Positions 61,414 to 64,000 of a stretch of DNA of 64,000 nucleotides are shown here, piece by piece. A program made the position numbers and the translations under genes. Source of the DNA: a virus. The stretch's first letter is position 1, and each line of letters begins with the position of its first letter. A model generated the notes under the pieces. The model was given only the letters and a program-made list of their open reading frames with translations. It did not search any database and was not told the origin of the DNA. The stretch lies in IMG/VR virus record IMGVR_UViG_3300032315_001186, positions 9,072-73,071 of that record. One strand, given 5' to 3'.

Positions 61414-63606
61414 ATGGCTGGTACTTTTAACGCAATTTATTCAGTAACAGGATCATGTCAAAATATTAATGCTGGTTCTATTACAATTTCTGCTTTCGGT
61501 GGAATAGAACCTTATTTTTATACTTGGTTAGACCCTTTATCATTTACAGGATCACAAATTTCAGGATTGGGTCCTGGGATTTATAATGTATTCATCAACG
61601 ATAGTGCTGCACCTGTCAATAACTATCTTTATTTAAATATTTCAGTATCAAGTGGATTATGTTTGAATCTCATAACTTCAGCGAATACCACTTGTGGTGA
61701 CTCAAATGGTAGTATTATTGTTTCAGCAATTACTGATTACAACGAAATAACCTACTCATTACTTGATAGTAACAACAACTTACTAAGTCAAATAGGTAAT
61801 AATCAATTGAGTTGCCAGTTTACTAATTTAAGTGCTGGAACATATTCAATATTAGCGAATAGTTTAGCTGGTTGTTCTGCGCGAACCGAAACAATAATCA
61901 TAAATTCGGGTCAGACATTAGACTTTGGTTTTTATATTGTGAATGACACCGAATGCGATGTAAATCCGACTGGTAAAATTTTTGTAACAGGTGTCACAGG
62001 TAATGGACCATTTTTATATGAATGGACAAATGGTTTCACAGGAACATCAATAACAGGGTTAACTCAAGGTGTTTATGGTTGTACTGTTAGAAGTTCTGAT
62101 AATTGTGTTTTGAGTAAAGCCGCTTCGGTAGATTTTGTTCCTAGTTTAGGTTTAGGTTCTTGGAGTGCAGCAACAATACCTACTTGTTTCAACAATGATG
62201 GATCTTTAATTCTGAACATTACAGGTGGAACAGGCCCATACTACTATTCTGGTTCCAATAGTTACATTACAGTTTCTTATTCTCAAACACAAACATTCAC
62301 AAATTTACCAGAAGGAATATTCACGGTTGATGTGACAGATGCTACTTTTTGCAAACAAACTTTTTCGACAAATTTAGATATTGTAAATACAATAAATAAT
62401 GTCACATTTACGGTTAATGATTCTTTTTGTAGTGTTTCAGGTGGTTCAATTAATATACAAGTATTTGGTGGTTTACCACCTTTCATTTATAGTTTATCAG
62501 GATCTAGTGAATCTAAAAATGCAACAACTAACACTTACGAATATAGTTTTGAAAATTTAAGTCCTGGAGAATATAACATTACCGTTTCGAATATTGGACA
62601 GTGTACATACACACAAAATTTTACGGTATTAGCTCAAAATAAATTCACACATTCAATTTCAACATCAGGTACAACTTGTGGAAATAACAATGGTGTCTTA
62701 TCAATAGAAATTTCGACAGGTGGTACCGCACCTTACATATATGTATTATCTAATGGTTTTAGTTTTCAGACCGATGCATTGTCATATTCGTTCTTGAATT
62801 TACCATCGGGGTCATATACCTATCAAGTCACAGACGTAGATGGTTGTCGTCAAGAAGGTACAACTTTCATTTTGGGTTCACAATCAGTAAACTTTGAACT
62901 GTACCCAATACCTTGTATTTCAGGTGGAAATGGATCCATTACCACCCTCATCAGTAGTGGTACTCCACCATTTACCTTCGATTGGTCAAGTAACGTATCA
63001 GGTAATCCTCAAGAAATATACATAACAGGTTTGACCGCGGACACTTATACACTTCTTATTGTCGATGCAAACGGATGTAGTTATTCCGCCTCAACCATAG
63101 TCAGTTGTTTAGATATCATTTCAACTTATCAGGTATATGGAATGAGTCAAAATAACTTCTCTTATATTTCAGGTTCACGAAGAGGTATGTTAGAAATGTT
63201 GAATCAAGGTTATGCTAACTTGACTTCAGGATTGGGAAATTGTTTATTGAGTGCAACTACGTTTACTGTAGAATCCCAAATACAAGGTGTGACCATCAGT
63301 AGTTTGTTTTTTACAGGTTCAACACTACTTCAAATACCTTCAGATGAACAATGGTATAGTGCGGTTTATTCATTATTATCACCCTACGCACAAGTACTAA
63401 CAATTGATAATCAAAATAGTGAACTCACTATTGAAGTACCAAATAACCCACCTAATCCTGTTTTCACAGTCAATTTATTAATTGATTATGTAATAAATTG
63501 TTTATCTACACCGACTCCTACGGTTACACCTACTGTAACACCAACTAGTTCAGTTACCCCAACATTCACACCAACAAATTCAGCCACACCAACACCTTCA
63601 ATCTAA
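61414..63606 (+). CDS. SprB-repeat (beta-sandwich) adhesin-like/tail fibre protein
   Basis: Repeated C...NGSI......GG..PY.Y.W....L..G.Y...V.D..GC units. Confidence 0.75.
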   Translation: MAGTFNAIYSVTGSCQNINAGSITISAFGGIEPYFYTWLDPLSFTGSQISGLGPGIYNVFINDSAAPVNNYLYLNISVSSGLCLNLITSANTTCGDSNGSIIVSAITDYNEITYSLLDSNNNLLSQIGNNQLSCQFTNLSAGTYSILANSLAGCSARTETIIINSGQTLDFGFYIVNDTECDVNPTGKIFVTGVTGNGPFLYEWTNGFTGTSITGLTQGVYGCTVRSSDNCVLSKAASVDFVPSLGLGSWSAATIPTCFNNDGSLILNITGGTGPYYYSGSNSYITVSYSQTQTFTNLPEGIFTVDVTDATFCKQTFSTNLDIVNTINNVTFTVNDSFCSVSGGSINIQVFGGLPPFIYSLSGSSESKNATTNTYEYSFENLSPGEYNITVSNIGQCTYTQNFTVLAQNKFTHSISTSGTTCGNNNGVLSIEISTGGTAPYIYVLSNGFSFQTDALSYSFLNLPSGSYTYQVTDVDGCRQEGTTFILGSQSVNFELYPIPCISGGNGSITTLISSGTPPFTFDWSSNVSGNPQEIYITGLTADTYTLLIVDANGCSYSASTIVSCLDIISTYQVYGMSQNNFSYISGSRRGMLEMLNQGYANLTSGLGNCLLSATTFTVESQIQGVTISSLFFTGSTLLQIPSDEQWYSAVYSLLSPYAQVLTIDNQNSELTIEVPNNPPNPVFTVNLLIDYVINCLSTPTPTVTPTVTPTSSVTPTFTPTNSATPTPSI

Positions 63607-63607
63607 G

Positions 63608-63825
63608 ATGAACTACCAAACCACTAAAGATGGTTTGGTTTCTTGGGCTGATTGACTAACGTCCATCATATCTCCACAAGCGTGAATTTATGCCGTTCCA
63701 GCAGTATTATTTTTTGTAAAGGCAAAGTGTTTAATGTTATTCGCAGCAAGAACATCTCTATCGTGAGTTGTTCCGCAGGAACTACAAGTCCAAACCCTAT
63801 CACTTAACTTTAATTGTTTATTTAT
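63608..63825 (-). pseudogene. tnpB: tnpB 3' fragment + omega-RNA/right end of IS200/IS605 element C, interrupted by element D
   Basis: Minus frame INKQLKLSDRVWTCSSCGTTHDRDVLAANNIKHFAFTKNNTAGTA* (Zn ribbon + RuvC-III), then GAAACCAAACCATCTTTAGTGGTTTGGTAGTTCAT. Confidence 0.88.
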
Positions 63826-64000
63826 TAAATCCACCGAAAAACCCATCGGTCTTTAGCCGATGGGATGGAAGGTGGTGTTTGAATTATAACTATTTTTTTT
63901 TAAAAAACAAGTTTTTCCACTTTTTGTAGATATTTATACGTATAAATTTTTTAAAGTATAAATGTTAAAATCATACAAATATAAACTTAAACCAAATGCG
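63826..64000 (+). mobile_element. left end of IS200/IS605 (tnpB-type) element D, running out of the window
   Basis: TAAATCCACCGAAAAACCCATCGGTCTTTAGCCGATGGGATGGAAGG, shared with element A. Confidence 0.82.
63962..64000 (+). CDS. tnpB: start of TnpB (partial)
   Basis: MLKSYKYKLKPNA matches the typical IS605 OrfB N-terminus, downstream of an IS left end. Confidence 0.75.
   Translation, partial: MLKSYKYKLKPNA

Noticed and set aside
210-62486. Numerous short overlapping ORFs in the track
   Set aside because: Nested within or antisense to well-supported genes, with no recognisable motifs.

Overview
AT-rich 64-kb segment of a large contractile-tailed (myovirus-type, probably jumbo) dsDNA phage using the standard genetic code. 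A Bacteroidota host is inferred from SprB-like repeats and A-rich, Shine-Dalgarno-less start contexts. The window holds neck, sheath, tube, tape-measure and baseplate genes, interrupted by an ~11-kb replication/nucleotide block (SSB, RpiB, RecA-like, 5'-3' exonuclease, DnaB-like helicase, NrdB, NrdA), plus an SNF2 helicase with a class 3 intein, a Mn/Fe SOD and a free-standing homing endonuclease. Most notable: (1) nrdA is split into two genes by a split intein whose C-half ends His-Asn followed by Gly-Gly-Gly, so it lacks the +1 nucleophile needed for canonical splicing, and it sits in the loop-2 specificity motif; (2) two ~235-bp IS200/IS605-derived elements reduced to left end + TnpB omega-RNA-like scaffold + right end sit directly after a recurrent TATTTAT promoter-like motif, which contains the element's predicted target sequence, and tnpB copies (one nested in another) occur at the window end; (3) an unannotated frameshift-type tail chaperone extension; (4) Pro/Thr repeats and Cys-rich modules grafted onto many virion proteins. 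All calls come from motif recognition only; no searches were run.
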